Of a stretch of 64,000 nt of DNA, positions 36,029 through 44,977 are shown piece after piece. Position 1 is the first letter of the stretch. Each line of letters opens with the position of its first letter. Made by a program: the position numbers and the translations under genes. Where the stretch lies: IMG/VR virus record IMGVR_UViG_3300036846_000743, positions 162,074-226,073 of that record. One strand, given 5' to 3'. Below the pieces are notes generated by a model. It ran no database searches, was not told the DNA's origin, and saw nothing but the letters and a program-made list of their open reading frames with translations.

Positions 36029-36925
36029 CTAAACGGCGACTTCGGCACGTAGCTTGCCCGGGTGCGGCGCGTAGCCGTCCAGGAAGAACCAGGCCGGATC
36101 GGCCTTCAGCAGCTGATCGGGGCTCAGGTAGGAGCACGCCTCGAAGAACTTGTCGCTGATCATCAGATTCGGCAACGGCCGCAGCTTGCGGGTGATCTGC
36201 TCCCGCACCTGGTCAAAATGGTTGTCGTAGAGGTGGCAGTCGGCGATGTTCGCCACCAAGTAGCGGGGCGTCAACCCGGCGAGCCGGCCGAAGATGTGGG
36301 CCAGCAGCGCGTACTGGACGATGTTAAAAGGCGCCCCCAGGAACATGTCGATGCTCCGCCAAAAACAAACGACATCAAGATGGCCGTTGGTCGGCAGCCA
36401 CTGGCTCATCGTATGGCAGGGCGCCAGGCCCATGTCCGGAACGACTGGTGGATCCCATGCCGTCAGCAAGATCCGCCGCCGGAAACGATGGCTCGGATCG
36501 GCAACCACGGCCTTGAGCTGCATCAAGATGTAAGTGATCTGGTCCCACATCTCGGCGAAGCCGTGCTCTGCCCGATATTCCCATCGCCTCCAGGCCCGAC
36601 CGTAGATCTTGGGCACATCTCCATCCGGCTGACTCCACTGGTCCCACAGCTTGCGGCGGATGAAGTTGCCGCTACCGTCCTGCCGGCCCAGCGTATTGAT
36701 ATTGGTCTCGCCACGCAGGAACCAGAACACTTCGTCAACGACCACGTCGAACGGTACCGGCTTGGTTGTGACGATCGGGAATCCATCCCGGAGATCGAAT
36801 CTGAGCTGCTGCCCCAGCAGCATTCGGCATGTAGCCTTGCGATCTTCACTCTTGATCACGGCGCCCGACTGAACGTCTTCACCCTCGTCGATGATCTTCC
36901 TGAGCAGATCAAGATACTGCTTCAT
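36029..36925 (-). CDS. thyA: thymidylate synthase
   Basis: MKQYLDL, LAPCH (catalytic Cys), RSIDMFLGAPFN, DCHLYDNH, C-terminal VAV. Confidence 0.95.
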   Translation of the reverse strand: MKQYLDLLRKIIDEGEDVQSGAVIKSEDRKATCRMLLGQQLRFDLRDGFPIVTTKPVPFDVVVDEVFWFLRGETNINTLGRQDGSGNFIRRKLWDQWSQPDGDVPKIYGRAWRRWEYRAEHGFAEMWDQITYILMQLKAVVADPSHRFRRRILLTAWDPPVVPDMGLAPCHTMSQWLPTNGHLDVVCFWRSIDMFLGAPFNIVQYALLAHIFGRLAGLTPRYLVANIADCHLYDNHFDQVREQITRKLRPLPNLMISDKFFEACSYLSPDQLLKADPAWFFLDGYAPHPGKLRAEVAV

Positions 36926-36940
36926 CTCGCAACTCCTGGA

Positions 36941-37195
36941 TCAACGGCCATAGAGTTTCTTGAGCCCACAAACCGCCTCTTTGCCAGCCGTAGTGAGGCG
37001 ATAGTAACGAACTCGACCGCGCGCGGCCATAGCGTAGGTCCGGGCTTCCGGGACGAACATCTCGGCAAACCCGAGTGAAACCAGCGAACTGCCGGTCCTG
37101 GCGTGTATGCTTTTGGTACTGACCTGGCCAGCCTCTTCGATCTTAACCAGGGCCTTGAACTGGGCTTCGCCAACCTTGATGCCGCCAATGGTCAT
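36941..37195 (-). CDS. small winged-helix-like protein
   Basis: SLVSLG.....YYRLTTAGK. Confidence 0.55.
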   Translation of the reverse strand: MTIGGIKVGEAQFKALVKIEEAGQVSTKSIHARTGSSLVSLGFAEMFVPEARTYAMAARGRVRYYRLTTAGKEAVCGLKKLYGR

Positions 37196-37512
37196 GGCCG
37201 CCCCTTTGGATGAACGTCGACCAGAATGGTGAACTGCTCGAAGCCGCCCTGCTGCTCGCGTATGAACGCCGTAGTATCGCTAAGGCCGTCAACAGCTTCG
37301 GGATTGCAGACGGCCCACAGGCTCCGCAGCACCTCGTAGATATCGACGAGCTTCATCGGATCGTCATCTTCCTTGAACTTGTCGACCTCTTCCTGGAGCT
37401 TCAACTTGAGCCAGCCTTTGCGATCTTGTGGGTCGGCCGTCTCGATGACAGGAGCAAGCCCCTGAGCGCTGATCGACAATGGAACACTGTCCCGTACCAG
37501 GCTCGGTATCAT
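37192..37512 (-). CDS. degenerate MazG/HisE-like pyrophosphohydrolase
   Basis: LVRD.VP..I...G...LK.KLQEE..KF...KLVDIYEV...GGF. Confidence 0.6.
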   Translation of the reverse strand: MIPSLVRDSVPLSISAQGLAPVIETADPQDRKGWLKLKLQEEVDKFKEDDDPMKLVDIYEVLRSLWAVCNPEAVDGLSDTTAFIREQQGGFEQFTILVDVHPKGRP

Positions 37513-37529
37513 TCGTGTCTCCTCGGCGC

Positions 37530-37576
37530 AACAAAAACGGCGGCTGTCCGCGCTCTGATAGCTCGAACAGCCGCCG
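37530..37576 (-). terminator. intrinsic terminator
   Basis: Minus RNA CGGCGGCUGUUCG-AGCUAUCAGAGCG-CGGACAGCCGCCG-UUUUUGUU. Confidence 0.8.
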
Positions 37577-37581
37577 GTCGT

Positions 37582-38004
37582 TCAGTAACCACACCCACTG
37601 CATTGCTGCGCGTATACCGTCTGCTGCTGGACGCATGCAGTCTGGACGCAGCGGGCTTTCCGGTGATGGCCGAAACAGCGCTTGAAGAAGCCGAGACGGC
37701 GCTGCTTGACCATCACCACTTCTGTCACCTGGCAGCCGCCGTAGCCGGGATAGGCCAGCTCGCGAATGCACGGGTTGATCGGGATGGCGATCGGCGGCAA
37801 CGCATAACCGGTCTGTGGCGCCGAGTAGACGACCGGGGCTTGGGGCGATGCCTGCGGCATCGTCTTGGTGGCCTGCTGCGGCATCGTCTTGACGGGCGTG
37901 CCCGGAGGTGCCTGCTGGACTGTCACGCCCGGAGGACCAGGCACGCCAGGCGGCGGAGGCGGATTCTGGGTCACGATGGCAAGAGTCAGAACGAGCGTGA
38001 ACAT
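37582..38004 (-). CDS. putative exported Pro/Cys-rich protein
   Basis: Hydrophobic N-terminus MFTLVLTLAIV, Pro-rich stretch, KTMPQ duplicated, Cys-rich tail; GGAG RBS. Confidence 0.6.
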   Translation of the reverse strand: MFTLVLTLAIVTQNPPPPPGVPGPPGVTVQQAPPGTPVKTMPQQATKTMPQASPQAPVVYSAPQTGYALPPIAIPINPCIRELAYPGYGGCQVTEVVMVKQRRLGFFKRCFGHHRKARCVQTACVQQQTVYAQQCSGCGY

Positions 38005-38009
38005 GAGGT

Positions 38010-38888
38010 CTAAGTCTCCTTGGGTTTGAGTCGGACCTTGGTGGCACAGCCGATACACATATCCAATGCCTCGTCGGCTGGGTCGTGCCACGCTTTCGGG
38101 TTCCCGCAACAATCGCAGATCTTCTGCACGTAGTCTAGCGGATGTACTGCCAGCGGACAGCTACCATAGCCCAGCCAGCACACGTGACAACCATGCGCAT
38201 AACCCCGCGGCTTGCAGCCCGGCTCCCTGGAGAACCGGTCCACCATCAAGGGCTCGTTGTATTTGGCCAGGCCCGGGGATAGCCGGACCTTGTGAAAGCC
38301 GGGCCGCTCGAACGACAGCTTGGGTTCGAATAGCGCCGAGAACCGGAGCCGCACCAGATAGGCTGGGTGAAGTAGCGGCCGGTCCCGCCGGCTCGAAAAG
38401 CCCAGCTCGATCCCGATGTAGCTGCATTGACGCTGGCTCCAGAACCTGACCAGGCTGAACCCAACCGGTGTGCCGGCCAGAACCAGAAACTGGAAGTAGC
38501 TTCCCGGGTCATCTTTGCTTTTGCCCTTCCAGCCAAGACCAGGCCAGCACCGCAGGACTTCTACCGGTGCCCATTCTTCCTCGGTTTGCGCGGTCCACGG
38601 CAAGACCACTTCGCCATGTCGCAATCGCTGAACATTGGCAGCGATCCGCCAGGCGAAAGCATTCAGCCGGGTCTCAGTCAGCTCCTTGCCGAGTAGCGAA
38701 ACACAGCTCTCCTCGAGCACGCGTATAGCAACACTACCGCCCAGCAGCCGGCCGACGTCGAGTACGAGGTTTGCGAAGATCTCGCCCGTCAGCACTGCGT
38801 TGTAGTACTTCCACATGCTCGGATCGGTCGTGATCTTCTTTCGTAGCGCTTCGATCTGCTTGAAGTTGTAGGCCGTCGCTCTCGCCAT
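38010..38888 (-). CDS. hypothetical protein with C-terminal Zn fingers
   Basis: CHVC...C...CDCC...CIGC; GAGGGG RBS. Confidence 0.7.
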   Translation of the reverse strand: MARATAYNFKQIEALRKKITTDPSMWKYYNAVLTGEIFANLVLDVGRLLGGSVAIRVLEESCVSLLGKELTETRLNAFAWRIAANVQRLRHGEVVLPWTAQTEEEWAPVEVLRCWPGLGWKGKSKDDPGSYFQFLVLAGTPVGFSLVRFWSQRQCSYIGIELGFSSRRDRPLLHPAYLVRLRFSALFEPKLSFERPGFHKVRLSPGLAKYNEPLMVDRFSREPGCKPRGYAHGCHVCWLGYGSCPLAVHPLDYVQKICDCCGNPKAWHDPADEALDMCIGCATKVRLKPKET

Positions 38889-38935
38889 CCGGCCCCTCCC
38901 ATCGATACTCAGGACAGCCACAGGTGCACCAAAGG

Positions 38936-39331
38936 CTACTTACCGGCCTTGGTAGGTTGCATCTGTTGCAGACCTTGGCTCGCATCAGCATTCTCCGGTT
39001 CGGGCGCGCCTTCCCGAGGAAACGCGAGATCATAAATTTCGCGGACACTCTCCGCGACAGCGATGATCTTGTCCATGCCAGTGGCGGTCTCCACCTCCTG
39101 GAGGAACTCAGCGATCTGCCCGAGATGCTGGATACCGAGCAGCTTGCCGGGATCGACCCGGAACCGTCGGTCGGCGACATCCAGCGTGAGCGTCATCTGA
39201 TCGACGGTGATGGTCTCCAGGGCCTCGCCCATCTCGGTAAGCCACTGGCTGTTGCCGTAGTGGGCGTTGAGCTGGGCCATGTCCCGGTTCAGTCTGGCGA
39301 GCAATTCACCGAAGGTCGACGGACGGGGCAA
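38936..39331 (-). CDS. hypothetical protein
   Basis: 3' part of track ORF 38936-39727; start uncertain. Confidence 0.5.
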   Translation of the reverse strand: MPRPSTFGELLARLNRDMAQLNAHYGNSQWLTEMGEALETITVDQMTLTLDVADRRFRVDPGKLLGIQHLGQIAEFLQEVETATGMDKIIAVAESVREIYDLAFPREGAPEPENADASQGLQQMQPTKAGK

Positions 39332-39363
39332 TCCTTCGAGGATCTGATCGGCCAGGTCCTCGC

Positions 39364-39753
39364 CTATTTGATGCGAATCGCTACCCCCACCCAAAAGCGG
39401 AACGCCTCCACTTCCGGGCGCAGGTCCTCCACCGGTCTCCCCCGAATCACGTGAATCCTGCGAACCGGGCCCCGTATCATGTTGACCTGGAGCCCGGCCT
39501 GGATCCCGGTCGCCAGCAGAAACGCGAACGCCCCCTCCGGTTCCAGCGTGACTCTGTACGGAACCAGCGGTACGTAAACCCCGTCGCCGTCCTTGACTAG
39601 CAACCACTCCATCGGGCGGTCGAACTCGATCGGACTCTTCGCTACCAGCCATTCTTCTTGTGCTCCTCTGGAAATAATGCCGACCGGTTCGCGCCCATCC
39701 CGGGCATAGGCGTCCAGGTCGGCCCATTGATGTGTGAGTTCTATCCCTTTCAT
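39364..39753 (-). CDS. hypothetical protein
   Basis: 129-aa ORF in operon. Confidence 0.6.
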   Translation of the reverse strand: MKGIELTHQWADLDAYARDGREPVGIISRGAQEEWLVAKSPIEFDRPMEWLLVKDGDGVYVPLVPYRVTLEPEGAFAFLLATGIQAGLQVNMIRGPVRRIHVIRGRPVEDLRPEVEAFRFWVGVAIRIK

Positions 39754-39915
39754 GTCACCGACTTTCTGTGTCTGACTGGTCGTGTAAAAGCCTCCTCAAT
39801 CAAGAGTTCTTAACGCTCCAATCGATGCCAGAGCGTAACTTTACTCATCTGTAACTCCTCCGCCCACATTATCAAGGGTCGACTACGAGTTTTCTTAGTT
39901 CGGTATTCCGCATTC
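39750..39915 (-). pseudogene. remnant of an HNH endonuclease C-terminal domain
   Basis: Reads ...PLIMWAEELQMSKVTLWHRLER*ELLIEEAFTRPV; matches LLMVWAKELGCSYGTLHSRVRRGLTPDQAVAVP of 31785-32246; internal TAA at 39810-39812; AT-rich. Confidence 0.65.
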
Positions 39916-40665
39916 TTACTCCCGTTTGATTGCTCGCCTCGCCGCCAGCGCCAACGCTTCGAGATCGGGTCGCGTGCCCCAGCCTCCTGCCATGAGCAGC
40001 TCACCCATCTGCACCAGCTTTCGATCTGCATCGGGCACTGCCGTGCCATCAAGCCGCGGCGATGCGCGCCCGCACCAGTTCTCGTACTGCCGGCCAATAT
40101 GCAGCACGGGAGACGGTAGCGCCGTACGAGTTGTGAACCTCAGCGCGAAGTCCCAATCTGCGTAGGCCGCATTCATGTAGCCCCTCGGATACCAAGGCAG
40201 CGACCTGAGCGCCGCCGCCTCGGCGTGGAAAAGCTGGAAATATCCCGCGCAGGGATCTTCACGCGTCAGCTCCCAGCGTTCCCAGTCGCCGTCAAGATCC
40301 AGCACGCCCTCGGGGAGCTGCCGGCGTGCTGCGCCGTAGAGCACATCCCGGTCCAGTTCTCCCAGCTCGAACGTCGCTGGAAGCGCGATATCGGCATCCA
40401 CGATCAAGATCCAGCCTGAACGGCCTATGACATCAAAAGCCTCCTCGATCGCCATTCCCTTGTTGAAGATTGCTCCATACCGGGTAAACGCGTCGGTGCG
40501 AAACAGCTCAACACCTTTCATGCCCTGTACGAGCTGACATGTCCGCTCATCCGTGAGCGAAGTTACCACCAAGCACCTGCGTAAGTGCCGCATGTTCCGG
40601 GGTAACGTGAGTGCGAGGATATCGTCGTAGTCCACGCAGACCGTCAGGGCGGAAACGTCATCCAT
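39916..40665 (-). CDS. GT-A glycosyltransferase-like protein
   Basis: CVDYDD.L..TL, FNKG, WILIVDADI (DxD) and GYFQLF. Confidence 0.7.
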   Translation of the reverse strand: MDDVSALTVCVDYDDILALTLPRNMRHLRRCLVVTSLTDERTCQLVQGMKGVELFRTDAFTRYGAIFNKGMAIEEAFDVIGRSGWILIVDADIALPATFELGELDRDVLYGAARRQLPEGVLDLDGDWERWELTREDPCAGYFQLFHAEAAALRSLPWYPRGYMNAAYADWDFALRFTTRTALPSPVLHIGRQYENWCGRASPRLDGTAVPDADRKLVQMGELLMAGGWGTRPDLEALALAARRAIKRE

Positions 40666-40694
40666 GAGCAGCCCCGGGCTAGATACAGGGATAG

Positions 40695-40719
40695 GGGCGG
40701 TAAGGAACGCTCACCGCCC
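40695..40719 (-). terminator. intergenic hairpin (terminator or stabiliser)
   Basis: GGGCGGUGAG-CGUUC-CUUACCGCCC right after the stop; no U tract. Confidence 0.5.
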
Positions 40720-40726
40720 TAACCTA

Positions 40727-41686
40727 TCAGCGTTTCATGACCTGTCCGTTCACCGCCTTGGGATGCTTGGCGAGTCGGACGCGCGGCTTGGGCTTGGCCA
40801 TGCCGGCCTTGCGGAGCTTGCCCTTGTGCATCCCGTTGCCGTTAGCCGAGACTTTGGCCGGCGCTTCTTCCTCGGTCTCCTCAGCATCCTCGGTCAGTTC
40901 GGGATTGCCCATGGCCGTGGACACCTCGGCGGCTATGGCCTCGGCTTCCTCGGCGTCGCGCTGGGCCTTGTTGGCCACGTCGCGGAGCTGGATAGCCGCC
41001 TCATGGGTGAGTTGTAGAAACTCCGGCGTATGCTTCTCGTCATCGCTGAGATTGGACACCAGGCCCTTGAACTGATCGATCCAGCCGTCTTCCTGGGCCA
41101 GCCACGCCCGGGAGCGCAGCTTCATAGCGCTGAGCGCCCCGACGTAGGTCTTGTACTTCGTCTTGCCGGGCTTGCGCCCGCCCTGCGACTTCTTGCCGCC
41201 CAGAATCCCGGTGATCACGTCTTGTAGCTCGCGATAACCCAGCCGGTCCCTGACGATCCGGGCCACCAGAGTGACCCGCTGCGCATCTGTGATGCCTTCG
41301 CGAAGCAGCTGCCGGAAATGCGCCCAGTTCAGCTCGTGACCACCAGCCGCTGCCGTCTTGAGCATCTCCTGGATCTGGGCCTGCTTGTAGAGCGCGGCCA
41401 GTCGTACGGAGAGTCGTAACGTCTGGGGGGCACGCTGGAGCCCGATCGAGTAAACGCGAATGGTCTCCTCGTCGTGCTCCTTGAAGCTCACGCCCAGGAT
41501 GTCGCCAACCTGCCAGTGATGCAGGACGTCGCCCTGGCTGTGAGTTCGCTGGAGGGTCTCGAGCTTCTCGTATCGCTTCCGTTCCGGCTCACCGCCCAGC
41601 TCCAGGACCATCGCGATGACCTGCTCGCGAGACGGTGTACTCGGACGTTTCTTGCCTTGTCGACTCTTCTGCGCTACTGCTGTCAT
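40727..41686 (-). CDS. DUF1016/YhcG N-terminal-like putative DNA-binding protein
   Basis: HWQVGDIL...LAALY...LNWAHFRQLL...R..L...L.YREL...I. Confidence 0.5.
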   Translation of the reverse strand: MTAVAQKSRQGKKRPSTPSREQVIAMVLELGGEPERKRYEKLETLQRTHSQGDVLHHWQVGDILGVSFKEHDEETIRVYSIGLQRAPQTLRLSVRLAALYKQAQIQEMLKTAAAGGHELNWAHFRQLLREGITDAQRVTLVARIVRDRLGYRELQDVITGILGGKKSQGGRKPGKTKYKTYVGALSAMKLRSRAWLAQEDGWIDQFKGLVSNLSDDEKHTPEFLQLTHEAAIQLRDVANKAQRDAEEAEAIAAEVSTAMGNPELTEDAEETEEEAPAKVSANGNGMHKGKLRKAGMAKPKPRVRLAKHPKAVNGQVMKR

Positions 41687-42828
41687 TTGTTCATCCTCTT
41701 GTCAGTAATTCGACCGAGCAGAATCTGAAAAGCCGCCTGTTCAATGGCTTCCATCACAGTCATGTCGAGGCCACGCGACTCGCGCGTGAGCGTACTGTAA
41801 AGGTCGAACCAGGTTCGGCCTTGTCGCAGCCGATCAGGCGCACGTGGCAGTTGCCTCGGCAGATCACTGCCATAACTCATCGTAGCCAGAATGATCCGAC
41901 GGGCCACACTCCGCGGTACATTCTGTCGGTGTAATAGTAGAGACAGGTCGTCAAGTCGCTCCTCTCGCTGTTGCTCCCCTTGCCCGAGATCGAGCGGCAT
42001 TTCTCGGAGGCGCTGCATTCGGCGCGCCAACAACGGACCATCTTGGTTGGTAGTCACGGCGCCAGCAAAGATCCTTATCACTTTCTTGACAAAGTCCTTG
42101 CCTGTATGAGCCAGGGGCCCGCGGCCAGGGAATGGGCCAAGAGATGTCGTCGCCGAGCGATGCCGATAGAGCAGCGTTGTCACACGGACACTGGCCTCGC
42201 CCACCTCCGAGTTAGAGACATGATACCCCCCGGAAAATGGTTCGCAGTCGGTTCCGGGACCGGTATCGACAACGAAGAGGGGCCGTACGTGGACGAACCG
42301 AAGCAAGAGTCGCCGGCCTTCCAGCACAGCCTCCAAGAACCGCACTCGTAATGGGCTCGATGCCATGGCGTCCCTTGCCATATCGTAGAGGGCGCGGTTC
42401 TCCAAGTAGTTATACTTCGGACCCAACATACCTTCAACCAGATGGCGCTGCACATCGCGGATCAGCCGCACCTTGCCTTCAAACCGTTCCTGGTAACGGA
42501 TCCTCAATGCTCTGTTGAAGACTTCGATGGCATCGGCGAATGAATAGTCACGCCGCGGCTGCACGGAGGTTCGCCTGATCCCCGACAGGTCAACCACGGC
42601 CTGATGCAGGCCGGGACAGGCCAGACCACAGACTTGCTTGAAGGCGGTCGACGTGTAGCGATAACCGCCGGGCAATTCGCCTTCATGGTTGAGCTGGAGC
42701 TGTGACAGCGCACCCACGTAGGGCGTCTGCGTGACCCGATCAGTCTCGGCCAGCTTGTCCACGAGCGCGGGCTCGGCGCCCTCGCCGTATGTCACCGCTT
42801 CGGGATACACGTAAAGGGCGTTCTTCAT
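41683..42828 (-). CDS. DUF932-like protein
   Basis: KYNYLENR...GGYHVSNSEVGEASV.V...LYR. Confidence 0.5.
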   Translation of the reverse strand: MKNALYVYPEAVTYGEGAEPALVDKLAETDRVTQTPYVGALSQLQLNHEGELPGGYRYTSTAFKQVCGLACPGLHQAVVDLSGIRRTSVQPRRDYSFADAIEVFNRALRIRYQERFEGKVRLIRDVQRHLVEGMLGPKYNYLENRALYDMARDAMASSPLRVRFLEAVLEGRRLLLRFVHVRPLFVVDTGPGTDCEPFSGGYHVSNSEVGEASVRVTTLLYRHRSATTSLGPFPGRGPLAHTGKDFVKKVIRIFAGAVTTNQDGPLLARRMQRLREMPLDLGQGEQQREERLDDLSLLLHRQNVPRSVARRIILATMSYGSDLPRQLPRAPDRLRQGRTWFDLYSTLTRESRGLDMTVMEAIEQAAFQILLGRITDKRMNK

Positions 42829-43384
42829 CGGGTCGTGTCCAGCCGATCGCCGCCAGCAGGCCGTCCAGGTCCTCGATCGTGTAGATCCATGGAGGTGCCT
42901 TTGGCCGCCCAACCGCGTAGATGAGCTTGGTTCTGCTCGCCTGCCCTGGCTCGCCAAACTCCCTGGGCAGCATGTGTAGGGTCATTCGCTCGCCGAAGCC
43001 GCGCCATCGGAACACCAAAACTGGTGGCTGTTCACCTGGGAATTCGTCGGCAGCTTCCAGGTACGCCCGATGTATGGGCGTGGCGGTGGGCCGCTTGAAG
43101 ACGTCTCCCACGGGCATGTCCACGAGTTTCAGCTTAGCCGCCACCAATCGCAACGGGAAGTCGGCGTACGTGCTAAAGGCGCGGAGACTAACCCCCCACT
43201 GGCCAGTTTCTTCCTGCACTCGCTGAGCGAGCATAGACACCCCGTTGAGCAAACCACCCATCTTGTAGACGTGAGCGATCACTGACTTCTCGTAAGCAGC
43301 CAGCGACATGCCGGCAGCCTGGGACGCACCGTCGCGCGCGGCGGCCTGCCACAGCGCATCTTCCTCGCTCTGATCGTAGCTCAT
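42740..43384 (-). CDS. hypothetical protein
   Basis: ATGA overlap with the RecA-like gene. Confidence 0.6.
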   Translation of the reverse strand: MSYDQSEEDALWQAAARDGASQAAGMSLAAYEKSVIAHVYKMGGLLNGVSMLAQRVQEETGQWGVSLRAFSTYADFPLRLVAAKLKLVDMPVGDVFKRPTATPIHRAYLEAADEFPGEQPPVLVFRWRGFGERMTLHMLPREFGEPGQASRTKLIYAVGRPKAPPWIYTIEDLDGLLAAIGWTRPDEERPLRVSRSGDIRRGRRARARGQAGRD

Positions 43385-44916
43385 TCCTCATCATCCCTTG
43401 ATCGCGGCGCTGTCTTCTTGTGCAGATTCTCCGTGACGTCAGCAAACTCGCTCAGGTTAGCATCGTAGTCGGCATAGTAATTGGGCAGCTCGGCATCAGC
43501 CTTCGCGGAGGCTTTCTCGATCGTATCGTCGAGCCGCTCCCCAGGCCGGAACACCGGCCGGCGCGTGATGCCCAGAATCGGGAACAGCTCGCGGCAGACA
43601 CCGCGGTCATAGTCGAGCGCTCTCCCGAATTCATGACGGCGTACGGGCTTTTCTTTAGATATGCCCAGCCGGGTTGACCAGTAGCGGCCCTGGCTTGCGG
43701 CATTGATGTCGACGATGTCGTTGATCGCGTTCCAGGTCTTCCTCGAGTCCTTGTCGGCCTCGTACTGAAGCAGAGTCTCGAGAGTCGCCGTATGCCAGTC
43801 GAAGTAAACGTGCTGGCGCCAGTCGGCAGCTTCCTCGTTGTATCTCCAGTCCCAGACCATAGCCACGCGCACGGACTTGAGCCGCTCGCCGATCGAACTC
43901 TTGAGGATGTCGATCTGAAGCCATACCCCGGACTTCGATGCCTCCTTGTACTTGTTCCGCCGCGTCATCTGGATCTCGCACGACTCCATGAACTTGAGCG
44001 ACTTGCCGCCCGGCGAATGCGGGGTCTCGTTGCCGAACTCATCACGCTTGGGCTTCAGATGGTTGGTGCCAGCGACGATGATCGAGGTGCCCCGGAGCTT
44101 CTCTGCCCAGCTCCGACCGTATTCGGATAGCAGATTGGCTTCGAGCGGGTGGCTGCGCCCGGGCGCACCCATCTTGTCCATCTTGGTGAGCTTCTCCTCA
44201 GCCATGGCGGACGTGAATGCGTCGACCCCGAAAATGTAAGGACTTTTCCAGCCGATGCCCTGCGAGCCGCCGTAGCCCTCGTTGTACCTGCTGACTTCGC
44301 CGATCTCCCTGTGCAATCGCTTCATCCATGCTTCCAGCGAGTTACACGGCTCGATCAGGCTGCGAACATCGAGCCAGGTCCGGTTGTACTCCCAGATCCC
44401 CTCGCGTAGCTCGGCGATGTCCTTAGCCTCGGTCTCGAAGATCATCGCGTAGCCGGAGTGGATCAAGACCCAGCGCATCATCTCGGCCAGGAAGCTGGAC
44501 TTGGACGAGCCCTCCTCGCCGATGATCTGGTAGAGCCGGCCCAACGGCAACACGCTGGACTGGAATAGGTGCATGAGTGAAAGACTGGGCAGCGGTAAGC
44601 CGACCACCAGCTTGCGGGCCTCGCCGCACGTGTGCACGTCCTTGCGGTCATTGTCCTTCTTCTGGATGTTACGCTGCGCCGTCCACGCAGCATCCTGAGC
44701 CATGTCGTGGCCCAGCTTCTTCACGCTCTCGTGATAGACCCGTAACGCAGCCCGGGCCGGATCGCCAATCCTCACCTTGCTCGTAGATTGTTTGCCTGTG
44801 ACCTGACCGTTCTTCGCTGCCTTGAGTTTAGCCTTGGCCTTGGCTTCCGCGGTGAACTCACCCTGGACCGTCGTGGCAGCTCTGATGGCCCCCTTTCGGG
44901 CTATCTTCTTGGCCAT
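43381..44916 (-). CDS. RecA/UvsX-like recombinase
   Basis: LPLGR..QI.GEEGSSKS (variant Walker A), FETE, GVDA, NHLK and PGGKSLKF. Confidence 0.8.
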   Translation of the reverse strand: MAKKIARKGAIRAATTVQGEFTAEAKAKAKLKAAKNGQVTGKQSTSKVRIGDPARAALRVYHESVKKLGHDMAQDAAWTAQRNIQKKDNDRKDVHTCGEARKLVVGLPLPSLSLMHLFQSSVLPLGRLYQIIGEEGSSKSSFLAEMMRWVLIHSGYAMIFETEAKDIAELREGIWEYNRTWLDVRSLIEPCNSLEAWMKRLHREIGEVSRYNEGYGGSQGIGWKSPYIFGVDAFTSAMAEEKLTKMDKMGAPGRSHPLEANLLSEYGRSWAEKLRGTSIIVAGTNHLKPKRDEFGNETPHSPGGKSLKFMESCEIQMTRRNKYKEASKSGVWLQIDILKSSIGERLKSVRVAMVWDWRYNEEAADWRQHVYFDWHTATLETLLQYEADKDSRKTWNAINDIVDINAASQGRYWSTRLGISKEKPVRRHEFGRALDYDRGVCRELFPILGITRRPVFRPGERLDDTIEKASAKADAELPNYYADYDANLSEFADVTENLHKKTAPRSRDDEE

Positions 44917-44936
44917 GAAACTCTCCTATACACAAG

Positions 44937-44966
44937 GGCGGGCAGGCCACGATTGGCCCGCCCGCC
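44937..44966 (-). other. 13-bp intergenic hairpin
   Basis: GGCGGGCGGGCCA-AUCG-UGGCCUGCCCGCC. Confidence 0.7.
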
Positions 44967-44977
44967 GAATGCCGCGA

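Noticed and set aside
36029-36925. thyA as a dCMP hydroxymethylase or other base-modifying enzyme
   Set aside because: It keeps the dUMP-specifying Asn (PFN) and is paired with DHFR, consistent with a canonical thymidylate synthase.
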